64,000 nt of DNA from a virus. Position 1 is the stretch's first letter. Every line of letters begins with the position of its first letter. Both the position numbers and the translations under genes were made by a program. The notes below the pieces were generated by a model that saw nothing but the letters and a program-made list of their open reading frames with translations, did not search any database and was not told the DNA's origin. Positions 12,001-19,136 of the stretch are shown here, piece by piece. The stretch spans positions 64,001-128,000 of the IMG/VR virus record IMGVR_UViG_3300035670_013228; one strand, given 5' to 3'.

Positions 12001-14549
12001 CGACTCCCAGACCTCAAACCGGTCCTCAAACAAAGCCAATCCCCGAACCCAAGACTATTCCTCAAGATAATTCATATGTATGGTTAGGTGGACATAAAAT
12101 AAATGATAAACCACTAAAAGGAACTTACATTAATAAAGATAGTAATGGCGTACTTATACAAACTCCGGAAGGAAAAAATATCAGAGTAGATCCGTATACT
12201 TGGAATAAATATTCGACTCCAGAAGACAAAGCAAAAACCATGTCTCCTTCTGCTATGAGTCGTGGAGGAATAGTTTATGCTCAATTTGGAGGATTATTAA
12301 ATGATGATCAGTCTACAGTAGATATTTATAATCCACAAGCAATGAAGTCTACTTTAGACAGTTTAACAATGTCATTATTACCATATACCAGCAATGAAGT
12401 TGGACAACAAAGATTAATAATGGCTACAAATCAAAACTATGGCATAAGTGGTATAAGGCAATCAAATTTGCCGGGTAGAGCATCCGCAATGTTTGATGTT
12501 CAGTCTAGAAATTTAGTGTTTCGAGACAGAGTAATAAGATCAGCAACAGCAAAACACGAAATGGCTCATGCTTTAGCAAATAGTGTTCATGCTCCTCCAA
12601 CAACTAGAGATCAACAATTTGCAAATCAGATGGGACAATTTTCTTCCGAAGAAGCTCTTAGAATATGGGAAGCAAGAGCACAAATTAAAAAACAACAATA
12701 TATAGAGTCTGGGATAGACCGAGAACGTGTTGAACAACAATATCAGGCAGAAAAAAGGTTGCTGATACAACAACTTGGAAATAGAGGAAACGCTAGAAAT
12801 AGTATTGTTGCACAAATGGGAGAAGAACTTTACGAAAATAATTATCAACAACTGGCTGATACTAGTTATACCCTAGATCAACTAAATGCTATGCCTAATG
12901 AACTATTTGCTGTTATTGCTAGTATAGCAGACGCACCCGAATTTAGTAATATGCCGGCGAGTCAAGCTTTTTTGAAACAAAGCATGAGAACTTTAGGCTA
13001 TAGTAAAGGCGGAGTTGTTTATGCTAATAAGGGTATGCTAATTCCATACCAACCAAAAGGCACCGACACTGTTCCGGCCATGTTAACTCCTGGGGAGTTT
13101 GTTATAAACAGAGCAGCCACACAGGCTAATTTACCTTTATTACAAAGTATCAATAGCGGGAGGTATAATAAAGGAGGCATAGTTTATGCCGAGGATGGTA
13201 AATGTATTGGCAAGCAAACAGAAGATAAGTCAAATACAGAATCCAAACAACCAAAAAAGAAAGAACAATCTGCGAATCAGACACAAAATAATGTACAAGG
13301 AATAGATATTACCGATCCAAGACAAAGAGAACAAGCACTTGGTGGAATGTATAGAAGCTTAATTCCTTATACTACGGGAGAAGCTGGACAACAAAAATTA
13401 GCTATGGGTTTTACAGCATTGAAATCTGTAAGAATCAATATTAATCAGAGTAGACTTAAACAAAAGGGAGCTGGCGCGGAATTTGAGACATCTGGTCTAG
13501 GAACAGATCCTGGAACAATATATGTTCCTGGAAAAATGGTTGATACACCATTATTAAGGCACGAATATGGCCATGCTCTCATAGCAGCAACAACTCCTAG
13601 ACAATTTATGCAGAATATCTCTGGGGTTGCTCCTATAAGTCAATTTATCAACAGTTTAGAAAAAGCTAATGCTCGCATCAGGGTTACTCCACATAACTAT
13701 GAGGATGGTGGAGAAGTTGAGGATAAAAAAACACAACAACCATCAGAAAAAACCAATACTATAGGAATTTATAACAAAGAGCAGTTATTAAAAAATCCTC
13801 AGGAGGTATTCGCTACGCTCGTTCAATTGATAGGTAGTAACTTATTTCATAATTTGGGCGGGTCTGATGCTCTTCGTGCTGCTATGAAAATTTATGGATT
13901 TAATAAAGGAGGAATGGTTTATGCTAATAATGGTATGTTAATCGATTATAAACCAAAGGGTACGGATACTGTTCCTGCTATGCTTACTCCCGGCGAGTTT
14001 GTTATTAATCGCCAAGCAACACAACAAAATCTGCCCTTGTTGAGAGCTATAAATAATGGAGATAGCGCAATACCATATAGCAATGGTGGAATTGCTTATC
14101 TAAGACGAGGCGGCCAAACTAGTAACCTGTCGCAATCTTATGGATATGCTCAGCAATTTGACAATATTTCTAGGCAACTACAAGTATTTAATGGTATATT
14201 AATGGGCGCTAATCAGACACTAAATCAATTTGGAAATACATTACAACAAATTGGAGTCAATTTACAAAGAAATAATCAGAATATTGGCGGCGGTGTAAAT
14301 AATATTGATGGATTATCAAGATTTACATCAGCTTTTAATACTTTTATTACCCAATTGTCTTCTATTAGGATTCCAGAAATTATAACTATGCAACTAGCAC
14401 CATTACCACCAATTCAGGTAGTTATTACAGGAGCCGAAGCTCTTGCTGCTATAGAACCAGGACTACAAAGAACAATTAGTAGTCGTATAAATGAAGCATT
14501 GTCTTCTTTTGCTAATAATTTTGATGGAATAGATATTCAACAATCATAA
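3..14549 (+). CDS. Giant tape-measure-like polyvalent protein, 5'-truncated by the window edge (>4,848 aa)
   Basis: The frame of the 84..14549 ORF is open from nt 3 (EKAIRYINRALAKTGKADAAKEAKEAAM), so ATG84 is internal. It has long Q/E/A-rich coiled-coil stretches, Gly/Ala-rich hydrophobic segments (~3740-3960, ~6560-7150) and repeated GG..GEFV..GG motifs typical of tape-measure C-termini, and lies directly upstream of tail genes. Confidence 0.8.
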   Translation, partial: EKAIRYINRALAKTGKADAAKEAKEAAMRKVAIAGLFPLDYNKDFSDWKLEDGREIYGYVRGFQSSFLPQIEAMQEANRATRQKFAEDIQDTAALGGLGNRNIQGPIQPLAIDFDETLALGTKMLDENGKEDLPAYSDRKKVMDSLAKARPTSLAKRLASIEQKNPGYVRMFSRILTARPQSTADIITSTLNRFGLPYIEQDVTGVSKGLGTDIAKAKAANVARAEKLIDDSEENIRATMAAGKSTFRYGEVPELKGPAEEKFGQSNIEGGLLEAALSQLLGYPINVDALQRNRAIDFPQGLGRGAQLFGLPPNIETEVKRTLDGDSFSKAREEFSRYFTENPQAYAKGGAATFGSGSFKFPKRISNAYVREMEKLLEQEQMEKVFETYPRNERMIVDEEAVQKGYESPFSRELFINSFKDKISRNTVFERMGQFARVIGLPPTDFLSAIPTQLDFGVNYPATALFNKDPSGPGTRGLQGVDLTPYGYTEQDKQDLFGYTKLIEEKKKQILKTIKTSVTTYEDGSFGYDVALAEKLRVELNDLQKQQRSLIDKNNAAIKAAKESRLQSANQSGRGSVGIATNPFNTSQRQDYSILYHELTHQLFNSLRTKNAQSFEAYKAKVASLFSGNNDDVADAFDALVGNTGYNSADVAYGRSYKLSGLSSLMMGSAKESFAKYVNSDPEYVPELRKTWAETTSTTTAKAFKPLNPKVNDILLRGQISQDVIDKYEDNGKEEFLTTLIQKLPLLDENLSGVLDSTLNELLGGAGISRQKFALGGLADSKDAMSGLMQGLYGNRRQQTDKKEKDFGKISITEDGDMLSVGYLKNESRSGYVQAMKYKDNLWYVGLSKATKGYGPRLYDVAMEAVTEKGGMLTSDRSMVSSDAQKVWAYYFKNRGDVKKTPLEPENWTKNQALIDPKLYGRKETWPPANDPAWILQSGYSKSPTLLNDPEQVKRNNNRTQKPVDSRSMALSYFQRADGGPINRFADGGSVPALVSNGEAYVPPKLAKRIGYGTLNRMNQADKNGMGRFSDGGISIFKGPGSGTSDSIPTSLPVGSFIIREKATKALGLNRGGSVGIPRFKDGGSPGNLEAEIQRILIELENFKKAIYEGARQAGKTATEAKQQADRAVLSKGSEILSRTAKPIDPKNLPRGKTLEQAESERSQTRSASFEALRRMQDQSPILKSNTAIQVSTSQKITGFFQQILGFSKQTAQAQQDGAKAQQQASSAIQQSSDQLQNTSKKQSNINFGGFGTALAFTGPALASQLGEVIGGATGAGVAGVASNVSTFTSIGSQFGGIGAIGGLLVGLATSIDSWGASIANFEATASAARIDQIFDTTTKAFERLSTNINDKGAFNDVIGNFQRIQNEEVKLAAFREKANAPSTLTGLGRRIGLLSTPTAETVGGEKAVSQQKAAAVAQQFLESQIQAEQDYKTVSQKLQQAGSSFDSLYASILEADTAYAVEVEKIKQSTDTEDRKNQKINELTAQKTQEIRTSIETRFADIERAKANKRLTKQLDFVSVSLTRTFTTLNQSINAAAFSLDQASESIQNIVNDSANFSNRLRTSNILENPRAYSRAEQNAAISQSAQFAGGDRQFIEQFARFSLDIEDSMTSALNQARAGGVTDPNVIGDRFGSLLTNQLDSIFGPQLGESIRSQFKTAINELTKGGTKLEDISTQDILDNIPGLNQQVQASKQVFEALNASAKFLENALNFVGASAKEYGSLQDKLAENIASSQNIIAQSNLSLQEALGKRISLSERRQARTSTAAIRAGVRPQDLNANFLSDRRDTLIQQKQNIEKSLDNLSQSFNKRDLAASRQFVELNKQLGLTESSIRQVNQALESLPQNIEQNINDIISEISRLQQKSVNITGASTSFGEKLLGSTPQELQELGTTFNILNSALSGNLNTIQQSQAAQLAYRQALDDGKTQQEAMVVAQQAFAGQTRNVLGLFNELSSMSGLEEDELRPIRAQLFKNLASSQGAGLENNPIFQTIINRLEQPPEESREIRELRNLLQVEQQSLIQSTETINQNTLDKQTAVLDAANQRFIDALNDIEVRFNTEQLRSMGLGLSRPGDIKPPAAPQARAKGGLIYASDGTYVNYQPKGTDTIPAMLSPGEFVVNAQATKNNLGLLRSINSSVGSGKTFSSGGVVYAADGGSSAAKGLFSNRYFPTLGPIWDSIKKLFSSAGKFSIPNLGNLGKLDLTQLLSSGVRGLGRLGGNIGNTLIDDFAKGGLKTAITNIVDAFSSLGNTFSLTSDGNLLPGQSDSVLDDVSKNLRSIFSKTKGAGVLFRYLGPLIGGVQGFMADTEKTKRNSYANAALGALTGSGTTMGDVGATSITGSQTGGNLLQAGLATAQYMSMGVPPPLAAALAAGAMTTQEVMGYMGDIDETRASEARTQSISQSQRNAGRVVSNDIKRKPGETNEEYRSRRIEERAVERVGANKLVGFNANERLWIATKARLTNEKESLLSRLGPDSPQVVEIDRKIKEHDNSRSSIFQDTRFNSTGAVLSYIGLGSATTVNETKSATEIEAAVQSEQKYQKAMAVARREEQEYFADMDDRRALARQNKLEKELKDKGISLDKDGDDELDSEFVKEEGDPDYQRYLDMQAIFDTQQFIQRSEKAAETEANDKAELLELGLPSYASEAQVDAARQIRDAKQQATQIEQRIKEELDTDNIPGVGRFKTSSQLRADASDRNFGLPPEVLASGNFNEWQQLLAKKEKIFAKIEELNRGRLVSSGDPFSGDTITTSLREANADELGRYLTEYQQLAQIDSDLARAYQTGLENYASTNYPSADIDEVRSMAWDDYDKGIRSKEAEAQKRDKLAANKEADKQAKMWKTVASISNVKLPSKFENPGKFLTFRSNILDKLKSKFPLSGDPSTDIQTMQQYGLDANIAEAIFKPFDNNQIAAVASLIPISANTDPVLRSQVSLLSQASSASIDTAKNNAYLLNIIQKNPKVNQKFKTAFIKSVNDINNFNKMVTGYNQLDPTKQNNARANLLKRLTRQGYIDPRDPNGSIDRLNALGGTNVSQFLFPNQQAQNKVIRIAGAKNSGGIVYASGGMLVPYEPKGTDTVPAMLTPGEFVVNKQATARNKGLLESINRSKGGSVKYLADGGLASDTSDKITVGTKDGTSIVRQNPLYTTVQDNLRYTKRLDSMAVSTEKTLKGHTRSLEYIGSGVTKLNNRIDSASTTLGVPFSRGGIVYASNGMLVPYQPKGTDTVPAMLTPGEFVVNRQATSKHRGLLESINRNKGGSVKYLANGGPSSDSEVTKVVDGVQITKPSEVLKLSKENLSTSKTLLTNSIKTKEILQNSNNYFVSSDKTVNEKLDKILQDNKGLREDTAQEHKKTRRHIEREHFHTKEYIDYAHYGTRDKLVAEHATTRTHITAEDNDTRQYVADQHDNTRKSVADEHKKTRSEIPSHLKISMKARGAETDAHTTIEAMGIKSHVTDEHKLTRNFLLRQQPKNLASGGIVYASNGQLINFQPKGTDTVPAMLTPGEFVVNAKATKNNLDLLHSINNGGKPYSRGGVIHLQDGGLAVDKGDRVAEAYNATLKAYEQPEDAQLTNKKIPIKGGEAQYFPKLDYFALYDRPSGIPDENRISGDSFSRGFRIQVREGIISRSNVPREPSAAVSELGDEELSTIWTINKQDWLSDEAAKRGVDINRGDNRPWKDRVQNRLPTEYPEKWWEKFDQDPELRENLATLNAAANTMGGSSKISPIWDYGRNSRDQVETIRKKIKDYLVAKKIKESVAEDTAMGISESEILTYLERYSSLTDFNSNKSDKDEKLYFWEQWLSRIRLYNRVTGREDQEGPTIYIPNDQTPQQREDARLAAEARKAEEIRKEEQRKAEATRKRVEDYKTERTRAQRAQDPDAIWKLPGDKEQTTNEWSGKPPQPERRWVSLDEKYATIGTLVAYKDGKASIRKPTGQTIVVDQNKLSEMDQKYLTDLLIEQKTQPLPTPKSRTGPQTLPTPQSQTRQQPLPIPKPQTGPQTKPADRQLPTPRPQTGPQTKPIPEPKTIPQDNSYVWLGGHKINDKPLKGTYINKDSNGVLIQTPEGKNIRVDPYTWNKYSTPEDKAKTMSPSAMSRGGIVYAQFGGLLNDDQSTVDIYNPQAMKSTLDSLTMSLLPYTSNEVGQQRLIMATNQNYGISGIRQSNLPGRASAMFDVQSRNLVFRDRVIRSATAKHEMAHALANSVHAPPTTRDQQFANQMGQFSSEEALRIWEARAQIKKQQYIESGIDRERVEQQYQAEKRLLIQQLGNRGNARNSIVAQMGEELYENNYQQLADTSYTLDQLNAMPNELFAVIASIADAPEFSNMPASQAFLKQSMRTLGYSKGGVVYANKGMLIPYQPKGTDTVPAMLTPGEFVINRAATQANLPLLQSINSGRYNKGGIVYAEDGKCIGKQTEDKSNTESKQPKKKEQSANQTQNNVQGIDITDPRQREQALGGMYRSLIPYTTGEAGQQKLAMGFTALKSVRININQSRLKQKGAGAEFETSGLGTDPGTIYVPGKMVDTPLLRHEYGHALIAATTPRQFMQNISGVAPISQFINSLEKANARIRVTPHNYEDGGEVEDKKTQQPSEKTNTIGIYNKEQLLKNPQEVFATLVQLIGSNLFHNLGGSDALRAAMKIYGFNKGGMVYANNGMLIDYKPKGTDTVPAMLTPGEFVINRQATQQNLPLLRAINNGDSAIPYSNGGIAYLRRGGQTSNLSQSYGYAQQFDNISRQLQVFNGILMGANQTLNQFGNTLQQIGVNLQRNNQNIGGGVNNIDGLSRFTSAFNTFITQLSSIRIPEIITMQLAPLPPIQVVITGAEALAAIEPGLQRTISSRINEALSSFANNFDGIDIQQS
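10032..10262 (+). repeat. Seven tandem 11-aa (33-nt) His-containing repeats, consensus EHxxTRxxIxx
   Basis: EHKKTRRHIER EHFHTKEYIDY AHYGTRDKLVA EHATTRTHITA EDNDTRQYVAD QHDNTRKSVAD EHKKTRSEIPS, with a further EHKLTR at ~10352. Confidence 0.9.
11866..12066 (+). repeat. Pro/Gln/Thr-rich linker repeat (LPTPxPQTGPQTKP-like)
   Basis: QPLPTPKSRTGPQTLPTPQSQTRQQPLPIPKPQTGPQTKPADRQLPTPRPQTGPQTKPIPEP, with the DNA repeat cctcaaaccggtcctcaaacaaa present twice. Confidence 0.85.
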
Positions 14550-14563
14550 TATGGAGAAATTTA

Positions 14564-17500
14564 ATGTCAAATCTTAATGTTATTTCTGGAACACTAAATA
14601 TAGGCTCTGGACAAGTTTATGACATTATTTTATCTGATACATCTGGTAGTCCTACAGTATTTAATCAAAATAGACTAAATATAGACTTTGCGGTTTCTGG
14701 TACAACAGCGGGAGATGCTCTATACTTTGATGCGTCAAAAGGTCGTTTAGGTATTAATAACACCAACCCGGACGCGGCACTACATATTGTTACGGATTGC
14801 GCATACGACGGATTAAAAATAGAGAACGAAACAAATTGTGCTACTGGTGTTAGAATACTATTTATACATAATAGTCAAACTCCGCCAGAAACAGGAAGTT
14901 ATCCCGTTACCATAGATTTAGCTGGCAGAGATAACAACTATAATACAATTAATTATGCTCAAATTAAATCTAGAATTTTAGATCCAGCTAGTTTGCAAAC
15001 TAGTGGAGAAATAATATTTTCTGTAGATCATACGGGAATTAGTAAAGAGGTTTTTAGATCCAGTCTTGTTAATACTGTTTTAGGTGGAATGAACAATGTT
15101 ACTGGACATTTTTATGATGTTATAGGATACAATAATATTACCAGTGGATTATCTTATATTTTATTAGGCAATAGTAATAATATTGTCAATAATACTGGTA
15201 TAGTTATAGGTAATAATAATTATGGTCGTGGAGATAAAGTCCTTATAGTATCAAATAATAGTTCTGTTTCAGGATTAAGTAATATAGCATTTTCTGTTGA
15301 TAGTTTTATTTCAGGCTTATCAAACATAGGTATAGGATCATCGTGTAAAGCAACTGGTAACTATAATATTTTTCTAGGTAGTAATAATAATATTAGCGGA
15401 AATAATTTAGTAGTTCTAGTATCAGAATCTATGTTGGTCGGAAATTCTGGTATAGGTTTTGGTACAAATATAGATAATATTGGAAATAATAATATTTATA
15501 TAGGTAATAATATTAATTTAAGTGGAAATAATGATATTATATTGGGTTCAAATACTAATATTTCTGGTTCTAACAACATTGTATATGGAAATAGTTCATC
15601 CGTTAGTGGTAATGATATTATTAATATAGGTAGAGCTAATAATACAAGAAGTATTAATAGTGGTATTTATATTGGTAGTAATATTAATTTAGAAAATAGT
15701 TTCAAATCTGTAATAGTAGGATTAGGAACATCAACCACTAGCGGTCTACAAGATAGCATACTACTCGGCATAAACAATAGCACACTTGATGCTTCTCCAA
15801 CTGGTCTGGTTGTTATAGGACAAAATAATATTGTATCTAATATTAGACAATCTTTAATTGTTGGAAATAATAATAATTTATCTGGTAATCTAGCTAATAA
15901 TATTATTATAGGTCCAAGAAATCATGTGCCTATTGATAGTAATAATAACTTAGTTTTTGGAGTTTTAAATAATACCAGCGGAATAGTTATTAGTACAGAC
16001 GGATCGGTTACTGGTACGGATACTAGAACCGCCGGAAACGCCATGTCTAATACTAATGTTTTCGGTATTAATAACTGGATTTCTAATGCTAGTGGAGCTT
16101 TAGTTGTTGGTAACAAATCAAGAGTAATAGGACTTAATGCTAATACTCTGGGTTCGTATACTAATTTAGATGGCAATAATATACAGAACTTGGGAAATAG
16201 TAATTTTATTATTGGAAATAATATTTCTACTTTAGGATCATATAATGATATTATAGGTAGTCATTCATTATCAGTTAATACATCAAGCGAAAGAAATCAA
16301 ATATTCGGTAGTGGTAATATTGTTATAGGTCCGAACGAAGTTATAATTAGTGGTATTACTATAGGTTCTAATAATGAAGTTTATGGACCACTGAATATTG
16401 TTTATGGTAATCATAATACTGTTGGACTAGTTAGATATCCATGCAGAGTATCCGGAACTAATATTGTAATAATCGGAAATATAAACGATTTCGGCCCCGG
16501 AGACAGAGTACTAACATGCCTATACTCTCCTGCATCAAAAAATACAGCCTGTCATATTCGTACAATTTTAGATGGTGTTAATCCAACAACAGAAGAACCA
16601 TTAGGTATTATTAAACAAAATACCGGTTCTAGTTATGTTACTACCTTAGTAGTAAATAGCACTATAACACAATCTGATACTGTAGATTATTATGTTAAAA
16701 CAACTTTTGATGATGTTGTACATGGTGGCGGAGATCCGTGCGAAGAGTGTTTTGCTGATTTATACGCAGGTTATGATACAGGATATGTTTTAGCGTTTCA
16801 AGATGGTAATGATGAAACAGATCTAATAAATAATCCTTTGTATGGTAATTATAATACTGTTATAGGGAATAATAATAGATGTACTCATGGTAGTGGTTTA
16901 GTTTTGGGATACAGTAATAATATTTCGGGTATTAATCACATCGCTATAGGACATGGAATCAAAGGCAATTACAATAATTCTGTACAAATTGGTAGTAGTA
17001 ATCTTAATAAATTATTTTTTGATAATGAAAAAATAGTATTTAATACCGGAACATATCAACAGGGCGTATATTTTAATAGTAGTAATGCTGGTGGAGTTAA
17101 TAATGATAGAGTCTTAATGATAAATCTATCAACTAATAGAGTAGGCGTTAATACCACAACTCCAAGATCCACACTAGATGTTAGCGGTGTTCTAACAACA
17201 GATAGATTACGAGTAAAATTATCAACAGTTCCGGGATATGCTTTGATAGCAGATGCTTCCGGAGAAGCAACTTGGCAATTTCCTGTTAATTTGTCTGGAC
17301 AAAATAGTGGATTATTATTTAAAGTAACAGATCAAATCGGTAGTGGTATCAGAGATATTATATTCAATACTGGTACTAGAGAAATTACATATTTAAGAGC
17401 AGACAAAGATTCTCAAGAAACATTTTTACTAGATTCAGAATCCATAGAAGAACGCATTCTAATTATTAGTCCTAGTGGAATGTTTTTAAATAATCCTGGT

Positions 17501-19117
17501 AGTGATTATGGTTATGATTTTGTGGTTAAAGGTAGCGGTGTACAAGCTCCAGTAGATGGAGACGAATCTGTATATTTGATTAAAACAATTATAGATCAGA
17601 ATGCTATTAGAGTTTATAATATTACCGGTATTTCCGGGTTTTTAAATAGATTAACTGTGTCTAGTGGATTAATTTTACCAGTAAGTTTAACCGGAACAGT
17701 TCTAAAAGTTAATAATAATGGTATTGCACAAAGTCAGAGTTTTGATAGACATAGTTTGTTATTTACTCATTCGACCTATGCTTCCACAGGTAATAATAGT
17801 TTGAGATATTATCCTAGTGTTCAAGCGATGACAATCGGCACAACAGGAGAACCTCCGTCTCAAGCGGAAACAACGTTACAACAAGGTACTAATAATACAT
17901 TTAATAATATTATTTTAGGTTCAACACAGAGTATAAATACTGTATTTAATAATGCTGGTGCTGCTGGTCATTATTTTATCGTTGCAGAAAGTGGTCAAGG
18001 ATCAAGTAAAAAGGGTATGCAATATTTTGTTGATAATGGAGCATTAGGAGTTGGTGTGGATACAACAATAAGTGACTGGCAAGTTTCTTCTGTATCAGAT
18101 GCAAAGTATTGGCACGAAGCTGGTAAATTGGTTATCGACGGGAAAATTAGAGCCAAAGAGCTACAATTAACACCCAATGGTAAAACCTTACCTGGTTCTA
18201 ATAGCATAAATAAATATCTAAAAATTATAGATAATGCTGGTAATGTTGGATTGGACACTATTGATCTAGATTATCAATTTAGTGGTATACATCCACTTAA
18301 TATAGTAACGAATCCTGCTGACGAAATAGTAACTATTAGGTTAGCAACCACAAATAGTAATAATGTAAACCTAGGATCATCAGACAATGGTTTGATGATA
18401 GTGTGGGATGGAGCCAAATGGATTCATAATAAAGGATTTCGTTTTCCTCAATCAGTAGACAATACCGATAATACTGTTGGCATAGAATTAGGTAATGATG
18501 TATCTCTTAACTCATGTAGAAATAATCATGTGAGCGCCGGAGGGGCATTAGTAAGAAATACCAGTAACTGGAAAGGATCTTCCCAAAATAGTCGATTTTA
18601 TCTTAGAGGAAGAACTCTTGGAGATGTGAGTAGCGAATTACTGGCCGATTGGCATAAAAACACAAGTAGCACCGCTAATATTAATAACACTATTAGTTTG
18701 CAATACTTATCAGATACTAATCCTAACGTGCCGATAGATCATAATAGAACTTTTGTTTGGAACTATACTGTTAATTATAGTGCAGTATTTAGTAATAATA
18801 CCGCGAATGGATACGGCGCTGTTGCTGGCGAATTAAAAGGAGCTATTTTAAGTTATAGAAACACTAACGGTACTCGCACAACTGTTAAACTAGGTAGCGA
18901 TACTGTGACAGAAAAAAGATACAATACTGTGGATTATAGCGCGAAAGCCCCAATTGGAGTATCAGTTTTAAATGATGGAGATAATATTAATGTTCAGAGA
19001 CTAGGAATTTTCGCAAGTGGCGTTTCCGATTATAATGGTTTGTGGTCTGTTATGGTAGATATTAATCAAGTGTTCGTTCCTTCTGGCATTAATTTTGGTA
19101 ATAGTGATATAGTATAA
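14564..19117 (+). CDS. Tail fibre / adhesin-like protein with YadA-head-like (GxxNxxxG) beta repeats
   Basis: Long Asn/Gly/Ile repeat tracts (GNNN.I.GN) and two RLGINNTNPDAALHIV / RVGVNTTTPRSTLDVSG motifs typical of phage fibres. SD GGAG upstream; follows the tape measure. Confidence 0.7.
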   Translation: MSNLNVISGTLNIGSGQVYDIILSDTSGSPTVFNQNRLNIDFAVSGTTAGDALYFDASKGRLGINNTNPDAALHIVTDCAYDGLKIENETNCATGVRILFIHNSQTPPETGSYPVTIDLAGRDNNYNTINYAQIKSRILDPASLQTSGEIIFSVDHTGISKEVFRSSLVNTVLGGMNNVTGHFYDVIGYNNITSGLSYILLGNSNNIVNNTGIVIGNNNYGRGDKVLIVSNNSSVSGLSNIAFSVDSFISGLSNIGIGSSCKATGNYNIFLGSNNNISGNNLVVLVSESMLVGNSGIGFGTNIDNIGNNNIYIGNNINLSGNNDIILGSNTNISGSNNIVYGNSSSVSGNDIINIGRANNTRSINSGIYIGSNINLENSFKSVIVGLGTSTTSGLQDSILLGINNSTLDASPTGLVVIGQNNIVSNIRQSLIVGNNNNLSGNLANNIIIGPRNHVPIDSNNNLVFGVLNNTSGIVISTDGSVTGTDTRTAGNAMSNTNVFGINNWISNASGALVVGNKSRVIGLNANTLGSYTNLDGNNIQNLGNSNFIIGNNISTLGSYNDIIGSHSLSVNTSSERNQIFGSGNIVIGPNEVIISGITIGSNNEVYGPLNIVYGNHNTVGLVRYPCRVSGTNIVIIGNINDFGPGDRVLTCLYSPASKNTACHIRTILDGVNPTTEEPLGIIKQNTGSSYVTTLVVNSTITQSDTVDYYVKTTFDDVVHGGGDPCEECFADLYAGYDTGYVLAFQDGNDETDLINNPLYGNYNTVIGNNNRCTHGSGLVLGYSNNISGINHIAIGHGIKGNYNNSVQIGSSNLNKLFFDNEKIVFNTGTYQQGVYFNSSNAGGVNNDRVLMINLSTNRVGVNTTTPRSTLDVSGVLTTDRLRVKLSTVPGYALIADASGEATWQFPVNLSGQNSGLLFKVTDQIGSGIRDIIFNTGTREITYLRADKDSQETFLLDSESIEERILIISPSGMFLNNPGSDYGYDFVVKGSGVQAPVDGDESVYLIKTIIDQNAIRVYNITGISGFLNRLTVSSGLILPVSLTGTVLKVNNNGIAQSQSFDRHSLLFTHSTYASTGNNSLRYYPSVQAMTIGTTGEPPSQAETTLQQGTNNTFNNIILGSTQSINTVFNNAGAAGHYFIVAESGQGSSKKGMQYFVDNGALGVGVDTTISDWQVSSVSDAKYWHEAGKLVIDGKIRAKELQLTPNGKTLPGSNSINKYLKIIDNAGNVGLDTIDLDYQFSGIHPLNIVTNPADEIVTIRLATTNSNNVNLGSSDNGLMIVWDGAKWIHNKGFRFPQSVDNTDNTVGIELGNDVSLNSCRNNHVSAGGALVRNTSNWKGSSQNSRFYLRGRTLGDVSSELLADWHKNTSSTANINNTISLQYLSDTNPNVPIDHNRTFVWNYTVNYSAVFSNNTANGYGAVAGELKGAILSYRNTNGTRTTVKLGSDTVTEKRYNTVDYSAKAPIGVSVLNDGDNINVQRLGIFASGVSDYNGLWSVMVDINQVFVPSGINFGNSDIV

Positions 19118-19136
19118 TTATATATAGTAGGAATAT

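Larger units (their letters stand above)
6255..14115 (+). repeat. Six dispersed in-frame ~55-65 aa repeats GGxVYAxxG...PKGTDT(V/I)PAML(T/S)PGEFV(V/I)N..AT..N..LL.SIN
   Basis: The first GG codons are at 6261, 9159, 9600, 10410, 13008 and 13908. In every copy the GTDT motif starts exactly 51 nt later (6312, 9210, 9651, 10461, 13059, 13959). Degenerate copies lie at ~2955-3085 and ~3087-3220, and a half copy at ~12255-12290. Confidence 0.95.

Noticed and set aside
6255-14115. CRISPR array or DGR interpretation of the tape-measure repeats
   Set aside because: The repeats are in-frame coding, kb apart, and vary mainly at synonymous positions. No A-specific variation pattern, cas genes or reverse transcriptase are seen in the window.
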